Assembly: GCA_965213705.1 (NCBI GenBank)
Contig: OZ243913.1
Span: 4,032,001 to 4,096,000 of the forward strand
Reading direction: 5' to 3'
DNA from: Trueperaceae bacterium
GTDB lineage: Bacteria; Deinococcota; Deinococci; Deinococcales; Trueperaceae
Length of the DNA: 64,000 nucleotides
Position numbers and translations under genes: made by a program. The stretch's first letter is position 1; every line of letters begins with the position of its first letter. This document shows positions 23,037-32,417 of the stretch, one piece after another. The notes beneath the pieces are model-generated. The model saw only the letters and a list, made by a program, of their open reading frames with translations, was not told the origin of the DNA and did not search any database.

Positions 23037-23131
23037 GGCTCCGCGTGGGTGCGAGCTAGGTTGAGGGCTCACGGTTTGTTCACATGTTCGCAAGTCGCAG
23101 TCGAACCAGGCAAGCCGAGAAACGCTCGGCC

Positions 23132-23818
23132 CTACTCGAGCGGCTCGAGCGTTAGGTCCAACAAGACGCTTTGCCCGTTGGCGACCCGAAGTTTGGCTTC
23201 GACCATCGCAAAACCCGGCGCGGTGGCGGCGACCGAGTAAACGCCGTCGTCCAAACCGCCCACCTCGATGCTCTGCTCGCCGACGAACACGCGGCGGTAA
23301 CCGTCGGGGCCGGTGACACCGACCGACGCCTCGGGGACGTTGACGGCGATGACGGCGCGGTTGGTCCGCTCGTACCAGTCACTCAGTTGAACACCAAAAA
23401 GTCCGAACACGTCGAGGGCCGCCGTGTCGGCGTAGTAACCGCCCAAGTTGGACAGCGCAACGTCCACAGCCACGGCTTCGCCCGGACGCACCTCGACCTT
23501 GCCCTCGACCAAACGGTAGGTGTCGTCCGTGGCGGCCAGCGAATAAAACCCCGGCAGAAGCCCCTCGAGCAAAGCGGTCTCACCCACGTCGTAACGTTCG
23601 AAGAAGCCGTTCGGCCCCGTAAGGTAGACTTCGGCACCCACAGAGCGAAAACCGGGCGTCGAGGTCGACAAGGAGATGGTTCCAAAAGGCAGCGGGCGGT
23701 AGGTCTCGACTTCGAAGTCGGGTTGCGTGAGCTGCGCCGACACCCAACCCAAACTCACCAACAGCCAGCACACGCACCACGCGCTTTTTGTCGCAGTTTC
23801 TTTCACGGTGTTTTTCAA
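23132..23818 (-). CDS. Secreted protein with two carboxypeptidase-regulatory-like beta-sandwich repeats
   Basis: Signal peptide ...LGWVSA-Q; duplicated TGPxG...GL..G.YS.AAT...VE.K; start uncertain. Confidence 0.6.
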   Translation of the reverse strand: MKNTVKETATKSAWCVCWLLVSLGWVSAQLTQPDFEVETYRPLPFGTISLSTSTPGFRSVGAEVYLTGPNGFFERYDVGETALLEGLLPGFYSLAATDDTYRLVEGKVEVRPGEAVAVDVALSNLGGYYADTAALDVFGLFGVQLSDWYERTNRAVIAVNVPEASVGVTGPDGYRRVFVGEQSIEVGGLDDGVYSVAATAPGFAMVEAKLRVANGQSVLLDLTLEPLE

Positions 23819-24215
23819 AACCTGACCCCCCCGCCCCCTGCAAGAACGTCCACTATAAGAACAAGGCGGGCACGGTGACCTGGACACAAAACACGTTTGC
23901 CACGAAAACTCGGCTGCCGCCGGCCACGGTTCAGCCCGCGGGGCCGCCCGGTTCGTTGGGCGTTGGTTCGTTGAGCGTTCGTTCGGTGTCTGTGAAGCGC
24001 TGTTCAGGCCGCACGTGTCCAAGCCGCACAGCAGGTCCGGTTGCCAAAGTGGCGGCGGGGGCACACGTGCAAACTGAGGCACTGCGCCCCGGTTTTAGGA
24101 CTTTGGGTAGCTTTTAGAAGGGTCGAAGTTAATACGGATGCCGATACTACACCCATTGAACTTAAAGGGGTTTTTCGGTTCCTTATCTTCAGTCTGCAAA
24201 CGTTTCTTCTCGCTG

Positions 24216-24295
24216 AACAGTCCTGAACCACAAGTAGTGACTATGACGGCTGAGCGTTGAGCCGTCACCTATAGTCCCGCTGGTTCAGGACTGTT
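24216..24295. other. Long intergenic hairpin (candidate structured RNA or mobile-element remnant)
   Basis: Perfect 15-bp IR AACAGTCCTGAACCA/TGGTTCAGGACTGTT enclosing nested GACTAT/ATAGTC and GACGGCT/AGCCGTC stems. Confidence 0.55.
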
Positions 24296-24303
24296 TGCTC
24301 AGG

Positions 24304-24353
24304 TTGATTTCCAGGTTTGTTAAATTTCCAGTGTTATTAAATTTCCAGGGTTA
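24304..24353. repeat. 17-bp-period direct repeat, core ATTTCCAG x3
   Basis: Cores at 24307, 24324 and 24341. Confidence 0.7.
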
Positions 24354-24502
24354 TCGACCGGACAGGGTATGAGCGTGCCCGACGGTGCGCCGCGCTGCCG
24401 GTCGTGACGACCCGCGCTTTCGGCGTTGCCAAAAGCTTGTCCGGCACCAAACTCGTCGGGGCTGAGACAACTAAGGTCATTTGCGCCGAACCCTCGAGCC
24501 GT

Positions 24503-25234
24503 TCAGCTTGGCTCGGAACCGGCCGACTCGGAACCAACCGACTCGGCATCGGCGGGGCCGGTGTCGTTGGGGCCGGCGTTGTTGGGGCCGGCGGTGTTTG
24601 AACCAGTGTCGGGCAGGGCCGTGGCGGCGGCGGCAACCTCCGCGGAGAGGTCTTGGGACTCCGCCCAGCGCGCCAGCTCAGGCCGCGGCGTGAGCGAGGT
24701 CAAAAACGCGTGGTCGGCCCCGCTCGTGCCCACCGCGACGAGTTCTATACCGGCGGCTCGGACGAGCCGGGCCGCCCGCAGGGTCGCCGCCTTGTCGTTG
24801 GGTTGTCCGTCGGTGATAAGGATGACGGCGCGGGCTCCGGTGCGGAACCGCTGCCGCCGCAAAGACAGGTAAAGAGCGCTCGCCATCGCGGTACGTCCGT
24901 CAGGGCGAAGCCCGGCCAAGCACTGCTCAAAGCGGTAGGCGTCGCGGCCGGCCTCCAACAAACAACTCGCCCCCGAGCCGAACCCGATAATGCCGACTGC
25001 GTAGCCGCGCGTGTACGCCTCGTAAAAAAAGCGCAGCGCTCCACGTTTGACCTGCTCGAGCTTGCCGCCGTAGGCCATGCTGGTCGACTGGTCGAGGAGT
25101 AGGTAAACCGTGCCCCGCGGCGCGTCGGCGCGGCGCAGTGCGTTGCGAGTGCGGCGCAAAAGTCCGACAGGACTTGCGCGGCCCGCAACGTTTACGAGCG
25201 TGGCGAGGTCTTGGTTGTCTGGTCGCTTTGACAC
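24503..25234 (-). CDS. von Willebrand factor A domain protein
   Basis: MIDAS LLLDQSTSM, GRTAM, LITDGQPN; pentapeptide-repeat tail; start uncertain. Confidence 0.85.
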   Translation of the reverse strand: MSKRPDNQDLATLVNVAGRASPVGLLRRTRNALRRADAPRGTVYLLLDQSTSMAYGGKLEQVKRGALRFFYEAYTRGYAVGIIGFGSGASCLLEAGRDAYRFEQCLAGLRPDGRTAMASALYLSLRRQRFRTGARAVILITDGQPNDKAATLRAARLVRAAGIELVAVGTSGADHAFLTSLTPRPELARWAESQDLSAEVAAAATALPDTGSNTAGPNNAGPNDTGPADAESVGSESAGSEPS

Positions 25235-25413
25235 CGGTAGCCCAAGTTTACTGCACGCGCGCCCGCAGCTCGAGAGGCGGCGTGACACTTTTGCCGGGTG
25301 GGTTGGGATAGGTGCGGGCTCGAGCTTGCCAAGCTGTAAAACCTGGGGCGAGCGCGCAGCCGTGCGCTCGCCGGGACCACGCGCGTCGCTTGAGTTTAGC
25401 GCACGCCGCGCTT

Positions 25414-26004
25414 TCAGACACCGAGTTCGTCAGGCGACGTAGTCTCGTCGGGGGTTTTGGGTTCGAACGGCACGGCGCAAAAGCCCTGCGCCGCGACGTC
25501 GAGCGGCCCGGTCAGACGGTTGTAAAAGTTTTCGGTGGCGACAGCGACGGTCAGCTCGAGAATCTCACGCTCGCCGAAGTTCGTTTTTAGCGCGTCAAAG
25601 GTTGCCTCGCTCACCCGCGCGCCCACCTGCGTCGCCTCGAAAGCGAAGTGTAGGGCGGCGCGTTCGCCCTCGCTGTAGCCGGGCCGGCTCTCGAAGTCCA
25701 GGACGTAACGCAACTTTTCGCTCGGCAACCCTTCGTCCTGCGCCAGCCGCCGGCCCAAGTCGGTGCAAAAAGCGCAGCCGTTCAGCTCGGCGACGAGTTG
25801 CGTCGCTAAGTGCTTGGTCGCCGCAGGCAGCTTTGTTCTGCCTTGGCTGAAGATGCTCGAGAGCACCGCGTAAGCGAAAGGATAGGTGGGGTGATGACCG
25901 AGCAAAACGACACTCGGGAAGGGCTTGCCGAAACGCCTCGTGATAACCCAGTTGACCAGTCTGCCAAGTAAGGGTTGGCGTGCAGGTGGGCTGATACGAG
26001 CCAT
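25414..26004 (-). CDS. Carboxymuconolactone decarboxylase / AhpD-like protein
   Basis: LNGCAFCTD, ERAAL, EILELT...ENFYNR. Confidence 0.85.
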   Translation of the reverse strand: MARISPPARQPLLGRLVNWVITRRFGKPFPSVVLLGHHPTYPFAYAVLSSIFSQGRTKLPAATKHLATQLVAELNGCAFCTDLGRRLAQDEGLPSEKLRYVLDFESRPGYSEGERAALHFAFEATQVGARVSEATFDALKTNFGEREILELTVAVATENFYNRLTGPLDVAAQGFCAVPFEPKTPDETTSPDELGV

Positions 26005-26168
26005 GCTGAGCCTCCTATAACACCTACATTCTAAAGGAACCCACACCGAACCCTTGGCCGGGGCTGGTGCTGTTCTTTCGTTTCACGGCGGTCGTTCGGG
26101 GTAAACGCGCAGGCTTAGGACACGCGTCGGGCCGAAGAGGTTAAGCTGTGGTCAAGGAGGGGACCGAA

Positions 26169-26399
26169 ATGAGCGACGAGCGAGAAAACCCGAAAAGTAC
26201 CGACGGGAAAGAGCAACCCGCCGACGAAAACGGGCACGAACTGACCTTCGAGCACGGTCACGGTGCCCAAGAAAAGGTTGTTCCGGACGAAAAAGATTTA
26301 GCCGACGTGGCCGGGGTGACAGAGGCGGACGTGCGTGAGGACCTTCTAACGACGCAGCAGGACGATGAAGACGCTGAGCCTGACAAGGGCGGCGCGTAG
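26169..26399 (+). CDS. Small acidic hypothetical protein
   Basis: AGGAGG RBS upstream of ATG 26169; D/E-rich 76 aa. Confidence 0.6.
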   Translation: MSDERENPKSTDGKEQPADENGHELTFEHGHGAQEKVVPDEKDLADVAGVTEADVREDLLTTQQDDEDAEPDKGGA

Positions 26400-26494
26400 G
26401 TTAAGACAAGCGGACAATTTCGCCGCCTTTTTGTGTTGCCGAACCGAGACCCGTCAGTCCTGCGAGAACGACGTGACAACGTCGGCGAAGAGGG

Positions 26495-27385
26495 TTAGCT
26501 CGAGCCCTTTTTTCGTTTCTCGCGTGCGAGGTCGTCCGGGGAGAGGGCGTGGGGCTCGAGCGGGCCAACGTGCTGCATGGCCGCTTTGAGCGCCGTTTCG
26601 TCGCCCTGCCAGTCGGTGCTGTAACGGAGCTTGCTCAGCTTTTCGCCAATCGCGGGCTTTCGAAAAACGAACAAGTGTTCGTGCATAATCAAATAAAATT
26701 GGTAACTCTTAGCTTGTGCTTGCCAGCGCTTGGCATACTTTGTGTTGTGCTGCGTTTTGATGATTTGCTCCTTGAGGACAAAGCCGCAGTTCAGACACCG
26801 CCTCAGCAAAAAATGGGAGAGGGGAACGTAGTGTTGCGCTTTCCGAGTATCGCCGATGAGAATGGCGCAGTAGCTGTTTGGTTTGAGCACACGGAACATT
26901 TCTCGGATGCCTTTTTCAAGCTCGTCTAAAAACCTGGGGATGCTGCTGAGGCTCGACAGATCGTTGGGATTGTCGTCGGAGTATTTTATGATGTCGGCAT
27001 AAGGCGGATGCGTTAGGATTAGGTCCACCGAACTGTCTTGCAAAAAGTTTAGATTTCTAACATCACCGAGCCGTACACCTTGTTTGGAACTGTTCTCGAC
27101 GGGAAACTTCAACCGTTCTTTGGCAATGTCGACGGCTTTTTGATTGACGTCCACCCCTAACGCCTGCCGATTAAGTAACCGGGCTTCGATGAGCGTCGTC
27201 CCGCTTCCCGTCATGGGGTCGAGAACATTTTCGCCCTCCTCGGAGTAACGCAGCAAAACATTTCTGGCGATTTGAGGAGCAAAGTTTCCACGGTAGTCAG
27301 ACTTATGAGTAGCCCAAGCGCCACGTTCTGGAAAGTCCCAAAGCGTGGTTTTCTCGAGTTCAAAGTCGAGAGGGGAATCGGTCAC
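26495..27385 (-). CDS. Amino (N4/N6) DNA methyltransferase, motif I before motif IV
   Basis: VLDPMTGSGTT SAM-binding motif, THPPY catalytic motif, RVLKP, HEHLFVFRK. Confidence 0.88.
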   Translation of the reverse strand: MTDSPLDFELEKTTLWDFPERGAWATHKSDYRGNFAPQIARNVLLRYSEEGENVLDPMTGSGTTLIEARLLNRQALGVDVNQKAVDIAKERLKFPVENSSKQGVRLGDVRNLNFLQDSSVDLILTHPPYADIIKYSDDNPNDLSSLSSIPRFLDELEKGIREMFRVLKPNSYCAILIGDTRKAQHYVPLSHFLLRRCLNCGFVLKEQIIKTQHNTKYAKRWQAQAKSYQFYLIMHEHLFVFRKPAIGEKLSKLRYSTDWQGDETALKAAMQHVGPLEPHALSPDDLAREKRKKGSS

Positions 27386-27765
27386 GTTGCTGGCTTCAGG
27401 CTTTTCTCTGGAATCACGACTACATCAATATACTCGAGGCACATCATCTTCGCAGCGCACAGCCTGTGCTGACCGTCTCTCAATATGAAATTTTCATCAA
27501 CGCTGATAGGCCACCAACCTTCGGTGTGAAAATTCGTCAAAATGGCGAGAACTGTTGCGCGCTGTATAGGATTGGGGTATTCGTCAGGTTTGACTATTTT
27601 GTCTATAGGAACTTTGGGGAAGCCCTGATGATAGAAGGCGGGGTCACCGATTGCCTTGTTTATAGTTGAGTTGTCCAACATCCAAGACAAACAAGGAATG
27701 TAGGTTTTTTGTTTGGACATACCAAAGTGTAGCTTGACCAGTATTTGCGTGTCAATGGTTGACAC
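27382..27765 (-). CDS. Stand-alone ParB/Srx N-terminal-domain protein
   Basis: VPIDKI...NP...PISVDENFILRDGQHRLCAAK...IDVVV; stop overlaps the MTase GTG; start uncertain. Confidence 0.75.
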   Translation of the reverse strand: MSTIDTQILVKLHFGMSKQKTYIPCLSWMLDNSTINKAIGDPAFYHQGFPKVPIDKIVKPDEYPNPIQRATVLAILTNFHTEGWWPISVDENFILRDGQHRLCAAKMMCLEYIDVVVIPEKSLKPAT

Positions 27766-27815
27766 ACAACACTATCGAATGTAAACTGTTTTTATGGCGC
27801 TGTTAGAATTGACGT

Positions 27816-28058
27816 GTGCGAGATCAAACCGTTTATCGAGAGGAGCTTTTCAAAGGCTTAACCTCGACTCAGCGCTTGGTTTGGTTCTACATCACGCATT
27901 GTGGAGAAGGAGAATATAGTGCCCGTTCCCTCGCCAAGGCGCTCGAAATCACGCCCCATACGGCTAACACCGCCGTTGGTGAGCTTCTCGAGCGGAACCT
28001 TCTCGAGAAACTATCTCCAGCCAAGGGTAGGCGACCGGCAATCTTGCGCTCGCGCTAA
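27816..28058 (+). CDS. Small winged-helix DNA-binding protein
   Basis: LTSTQRLVWFYI...SARSLAKALEITPHTANTAVGELLERNLL. Confidence 0.7.
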   Translation: MRDQTVYREELFKGLTSTQRLVWFYITHCGEGEYSARSLAKALEITPHTANTAVGELLERNLLEKLSPAKGRRPAILRSR

Positions 28059-28062
28059 ACAT

Positions 28063-28731
28063 CTAGTCGAATTTTCCAGCTACTACATCCAACATGAAAC
28101 GCTTTTGAAAGTAAAAAGCGTGATTTTTGTTAGCAATGGCCCGGCGGTAGGTTTTCGAAAAGATAGGTGTGTATGTTCCCTCCGAATTTTTAGAGGCTTT
28201 GGTTCGAGTTTGCAAGTAGTAACCGTTAGCTGTATGAATCAGTCCGTCCCTCCCATTCTCTATGTGTTGTACAAGTTGGTCGCATATAACATGGTAATCG
28301 GATTCAAGTTGGTCACGCAGTTGTGGATTCTTTTCGAGATTGATGTGCGCGACGTTGAGGAAGTACCAATCTTTGGTCATGGGTGCGTCCTTTACCACCG
28401 GGACAACCAAAAGATTTTTTACCTTTTCGTAAACGTTAGATACCTCGAAGGGAGTTCTGGGTTCGCCAACCAGAGTGTCGATGGTTCGACTGATTTGAGT
28501 AATGAAAATCGTTTCCCGTGGTCTGCCGTCAGGCCGAGTTTTGTTTGTTTTAAGCTCGCCATCTTCAAAGTCTGTCAGGTTGCTGTCAAGCTTGAGACCT
28601 ATAAGCTTGAGAAGCATTTGCCCAACGTTACCCTTGTTTGTATACAAATCCTCGGGGTGGTCTTCGAACAGTTTTTTGAAAGGAACTCCGCAGGCTTCTT
28701 TAAGCAGGGGAACAGCTTCTGCCAATTTCAT
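28063..28731 (-). CDS. Single-domain MutH/Sau3AI-family endonuclease
   Basis: NKGNVGQ...DFEDGELKT...GRPRETIFIT...LESDY...YLQTRTK...AFYFQKRF; start ATG 28731 with GGAG RBS. Confidence 0.85.
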   Translation of the reverse strand: MKLAEAVPLLKEACGVPFKKLFEDHPEDLYTNKGNVGQMLLKLIGLKLDSNLTDFEDGELKTNKTRPDGRPRETIFITQISRTIDTLVGEPRTPFEVSNVYEKVKNLLVVPVVKDAPMTKDWYFLNVAHINLEKNPQLRDQLESDYHVICDQLVQHIENGRDGLIHTANGYYLQTRTKASKNSEGTYTPIFSKTYRRAIANKNHAFYFQKRFMLDVVAGKFD

Positions 28732-28771
28732 AACATCAACTCCTTTGCAACAACATGGTAAAAGTACGACA

Positions 28772-29818
28772 ATGATACAGGCTCCATTGTTTAAAGCACC
28801 TTCTACAAAAATAGCAAAGCCCTTTCTCAAGTGGGCAGGTGGAAAAACCCAACTGTTGGCTCAGATAAGGAAGCAGTTGCCTGAGCCTTTGCAAGAAGGT
28901 AAAACAAGATGGCCCTACCACTATTTCGAGCCATTCATGGGAAGTGCCGCATTATTTTTTCACCTGGCTCCAAATCTGTTTCCCGACAAGGCCGTGATTT
29001 CTGATACAAACAAAGAGTTGGTACTAACTTTTACTGCTGTACGTGACCATCTTGACCGACTTATAGAAAAATTGAGAGTTTACGATGAGTTACATAATCA
29101 CCATTTTTCTGGCAATGAAACAGCGCAACGTTCTCACTATGAAGCCATACGTGCCTTAGACCGTCAGGAAGATTGGGGAAACGAAGCGTTTACAAACCCA
29201 GCGGTGATGGTAGAACACGCTGCTAGGTTTGTCTATCTCAATAAAACATGTTTTAACGGCCTTTGGCGAGTAAACAGCAAGGATTACTACAACGTTCCAA
29301 TGGGTCGTTACAAGAATCCTAGTATTTGCAATGAGGAACTTTTGCGTACGGCACACGCTTCACTACAAAACGTCAGCGTCAAGCACCAGTCTTTTGAAGA
29401 CGCTGTAGTTTCGGCACAGGAAAATGATTTTGTTTATTTCGACCCGCCTTATATGCCAGTGTCACAAACCTCTTCTTTCAACGCCTACGCGAAAGACGCC
29501 TTTTTGGAGGAGCAGCACCGCGAGTTGGCAGTTGTCTTTTTGATACTGGCCGCGAGGAGGGTTCATGTCGTTTTGTCGAACGCGGATACGTCCTTTACCA
29601 GGGAGCCATTAGGCAGTCAGGAAAACTTTGCAAACTTCGCTGCCGTTGTATCTCCAGCCATGTCTCGACTGAAAGGTTTCGGCACTGCCTGTACTGAAGA
29701 ACTATTTGAGAGCTATCGTAAGTTTTGGAACGTGGAGACTGTTACAGCTAAAAGAACCATCAATTCCAAAGCTGAAAAGCGCGGAGCGATTACGGAAATT
29801 TTAGTTTCATCACGTTAG
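28772..29818 (+). CDS. dam: Dam-family (D12 class) adenine DNA methyltransferase
   Basis: KPFLKWAGGK, EPFMGSAA, YLNKTCFNGLWRVN...NVPMG, YFDPPY, LSN, EILV. Confidence 0.92.
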   Translation: MIQAPLFKAPSTKIAKPFLKWAGGKTQLLAQIRKQLPEPLQEGKTRWPYHYFEPFMGSAALFFHLAPNLFPDKAVISDTNKELVLTFTAVRDHLDRLIEKLRVYDELHNHHFSGNETAQRSHYEAIRALDRQEDWGNEAFTNPAVMVEHAARFVYLNKTCFNGLWRVNSKDYYNVPMGRYKNPSICNEELLRTAHASLQNVSVKHQSFEDAVVSAQENDFVYFDPPYMPVSQTSSFNAYAKDAFLEEQHRELAVVFLILAARRVHVVLSNADTSFTREPLGSQENFANFAAVVSPAMSRLKGFGTACTEELFESYRKFWNVETVTAKRTINSKAEKRGAITEILVSSR

Positions 29819-29827
29819 ACCCATTTT

Positions 29828-30322
29828 ATGTCAAAGCTTATTATCACCACCTACTTACAACTCCTCTCCCCGAGCGAACACCTTATCAAAACAAGCGACG
29901 ACCCGCGTTTCAGCGTTGTCAAGGTCGAAACCCCCGCGCCGAGCTTCAACAAGTATTTTTACACCGAGGTCGGGCGGACCTGGCAGTGGACGGACCGCTT
30001 GGCGTGGTCGGACGCGGACTGGCGTGGGTACGCCCACTCTCCAGACGTCCATACTTTTGCGGCTTTTTACGGTGGCGCGCCTGCGGGATACTACGAACTT
30101 AGGCGCGAAGGCGAAGACGTCGAACTCGTCTACTTCGGGCTGATGCCCGACTTCATCGGCAAAAAGCTCGGCGGGGCACTCCTTTCTAAAGCGATTACAG
30201 ACGCTTTTTCTCTGGGTGCGGGGCGGGTGTGGGTACACACCTGCTCGCTCGACCACCCGGCGGCGATAGCCAACTACCGGGCTCGAGGCTTTCGGGTCTA
30301 CAAAACGGTCACAGCGTCTTAA
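29828..30322 (+). CDS. GNAT family N-acetyltransferase
   Basis: YFGLMPDFIGKKLGG, RVWVHTCSLDHP.A..NY..RGF. Confidence 0.88.
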   Translation: MSKLIITTYLQLLSPSEHLIKTSDDPRFSVVKVETPAPSFNKYFYTEVGRTWQWTDRLAWSDADWRGYAHSPDVHTFAAFYGGAPAGYYELRREGEDVELVYFGLMPDFIGKKLGGALLSKAITDAFSLGAGRVWVHTCSLDHPAAIANYRARGFRVYKTVTAS

Positions 30323-30415
30323 CGCGTCCGTCTGCTGGACACGGATTCGCCGAGACGGTAGTATCGACCTCGAACCAGTTACAGGCGTCGCCGCCAGGCG
30401 ACCGAAAGGGGAACG

Positions 30416-31438
30416 ATGAAGCGTTTTGCTCTACTACTGAGTGCTCTGTTGCTTTTAGGCGCAGGTTTTACCCAAGACATGCACGGGGTCGAGCCGCTCG
30501 AGCCGCCTCAAGAAGTCTCGGTCGCCTACGTGCCCATCATGAAGTTCGCGCCGCTCTACGTCGCGGCGTCGCGCGGCCTGTTCGAGAAGTACGGTTTGAA
30601 CGTCGACATCAACCGGGTCGAGTCGGGTACCGAGGCGATTGCGTTTTTGACCGAGGGGCAAGTCGACGTGGGCGGCATAGCCATCGTCACCTCGCTCTGG
30701 AACGGTTGGAGCCAGGGCCTCGACCTGCGCATCATCGCGCCGGGGGGCTTGGAGCCGTTTGAGAACAGCCCGACGAAACTGTTGGCGCGCACGGGTCTTA
30801 TGGAGGACGGCACGGTTTCGAGCGTCGCCGACCTAGCAGGCAAAAACGTCGGCGTGGCGGGCGGCCCCGGCAGCGGCGGCGAGTACCTGGTCGCCAAGGC
30901 GCTCGAGCCCGCGGGTTTGACCATCCGCGACGTAAACCTTATCAACATCGGCAACGCCGACATGCCCGCGGCGTTTGAAAGCGGGGCGATTGACGCCGGA
31001 CTGTTGGGCTCACCCTACGCCGACCAAGTCGAAGCCGACGGCACCGGCACGCCGCTCGCTACCGACCTGACACCGGGACTCATGACGGTGGCTTTTGTGG
31101 GCTCGGGGCGGTTCGTCAACGAGCGTCCCGAAGTGGCGGAGCGCTTCGCGCTGGCGCTGCTCGAGGCCACCCGCATGATGCAAGGTGACGACTACCTGAG
31201 CGACGACAACGTCGCGGCGTACCTCGGTTACGTCAACACGACCGAAGAAGCCCTGCGCGCGGGCGCGCCCGTCGTCTACGACCCGGACGGCGTGATTCCC
31301 GTCGAGGGCTTGGCCGACGTCGAGCGCGTCCACCGCGAGAACGGCCGCACCGAGTACGACACGCCCATCGACCTGACGCAAGTCGTCGACACGACTTTTG
31401 TGGATTGGGCGCGGGAGCAACTGGGCGCAACTCAGTAA
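30416..31438 (+). CDS. ABC substrate-binding protein (NMT1/SsuA-like)
   Basis: Signal peptide; PLYVA..RGLFEKYGL, DLAGKNVG, G.IDAG. Confidence 0.88.
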   Translation: MKRFALLLSALLLLGAGFTQDMHGVEPLEPPQEVSVAYVPIMKFAPLYVAASRGLFEKYGLNVDINRVESGTEAIAFLTEGQVDVGGIAIVTSLWNGWSQGLDLRIIAPGGLEPFENSPTKLLARTGLMEDGTVSSVADLAGKNVGVAGGPGSGGEYLVAKALEPAGLTIRDVNLINIGNADMPAAFESGAIDAGLLGSPYADQVEADGTGTPLATDLTPGLMTVAFVGSGRFVNERPEVAERFALALLEATRMMQGDDYLSDDNVAAYLGYVNTTEEALRAGAPVVYDPDGVIPVEGLADVERVHRENGRTEYDTPIDLTQVVDTTFVDWAREQLGATQ

Positions 31439-31456
31439 GCCGGAGATTTTTCGCCG

Positions 31457-31477
31457 GGGCGGGTTTGAAACCCGCCC
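31457..31477. repeat. REP-type palindrome GGGCGGGTTT-G-AAACCCGCCC
   Basis: Perfect 10-bp inverted repeat in an intra-operon spacer. Confidence 0.65.
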
Positions 31478-31495
31478 TTCTTCATGAGGTAAACC

Positions 31496-32278
31496 TTGCC
31501 CGCCAAAATCATTGCTCAACACGTCACCAAAACGTTTCCTTCCCTGGACGGCCCCGTCACCGCGCTGGATGACTTCAGTCTGGAGGTCGAGGACGGCGAG
31601 TTCGTGTGCGTGGTGGGGCCGTCGGGCTGCGGCAAGTCGACCTTTTTGCGCATCTTGGCGGGTCTCGAGCCCCTCAGCTCGGGCAGCGTCGACATCGAAC
31701 CGGGCGACGACCCGAGCAAACCCCTCAACAACGTCGTTTTTCAGGAGTACGCCATCTTCCCGTGGAAAACGGTCATCGACAACGTCGCTTTCGGACTTCA
31801 CATGCGCGGCGTGTCCAAAGGGGAGCGTTACGAGGTGGCGAACACTTGGCTGGCCCGAGTCGGCTTAAAGAAGTTCGCCTCTTACTACCCGGCGCAACTC
31901 TCGGGCGGGATGAAGCAGCGGGTGAGTATCGCTCGAGCGCTCGCCAACGACCCCGAAGTTTTGCTGATGGACGAGCCCCTGGGCGCGCTCGACGCGCAGA
32001 CGCGGATTGTGCTGCAAGAAGAGTTGTTGCGCATCTGGGAGGCGCACCGCAAGACGGTCGTCTACATCACCCACAGCATCGACGAGGCGATTTTGCTCGG
32101 TGACCGCGTCGTCATCATGACGGCGCACCCCGGCACCCTCAAAACAGTTTTCGACGTGCCGATTCCCCGCCCGCGCACGGTGCAGACGACGAGCACGCCG
32201 GAATTCGCCCGGCTTTCGGGCGCGATTTGGGAAGCGTTGCAAGACGAGGTGCGGCGCGCGATGGAAGCGCAACTGTGA
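31496..32278 (+). CDS. ABC ATP-binding protein (TauB/SsuB/NrtD-like)
   Basis: GPSGCGKST, LSGGMKQR, LMDEPLGALDAQTR. Confidence 0.93.
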   Translation: MPAKIIAQHVTKTFPSLDGPVTALDDFSLEVEDGEFVCVVGPSGCGKSTFLRILAGLEPLSSGSVDIEPGDDPSKPLNNVVFQEYAIFPWKTVIDNVAFGLHMRGVSKGERYEVANTWLARVGLKKFASYYPAQLSGGMKQRVSIARALANDPEVLLMDEPLGALDAQTRIVLQEELLRIWEAHRKTVVYITHSIDEAILLGDRVVIMTAHPGTLKTVFDVPIPRPRTVQTTSTPEFARLSGAIWEALQDEVRRAMEAQL

Positions 32279-32384
32279 AGGTGTGTCCAACCCCGACAAA
32301 TCCGGAAGGGTAAACGCGGGCAGTTGTCGGCCGCCGTCCCAAGGCTGTCCGAATCGCCCTGGACAAACCGTCGACGATAAGCTA

Positions 32385-32417
32385 TACTCATTACCCACCC
32401 CCCCTGGGGTGAGAGTA
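32385..32417 (+). promoter_or_regulatory. Probable CsoR operator overlapping the copZ -10 (TATACT at 32383)
   Basis: TACTC...CACCCC-CCCT-GGGGTG..GAGTA: C-tract/G-tract pseudo-palindrome upstream of copZ-csoR. Confidence 0.6.

Noticed and set aside
24304..24353. Possible CRISPR array (also 16501-16553 and 19607-19654)
   Set aside because: Units are 15-17 bp and contiguous, with no unique spacers and no cas genes
27901..28761. 286-aa plus-strand ORF
   Set aside because: Antisense to the MutH-like gene with no recognisable motifs
28502..28771. N-terminal extension of Dam (and of the nuclease to 28830)
   Set aside because: The two extensions overlap each other's genes in antisense; family motifs begin after ATG 28772 and ATG 28731
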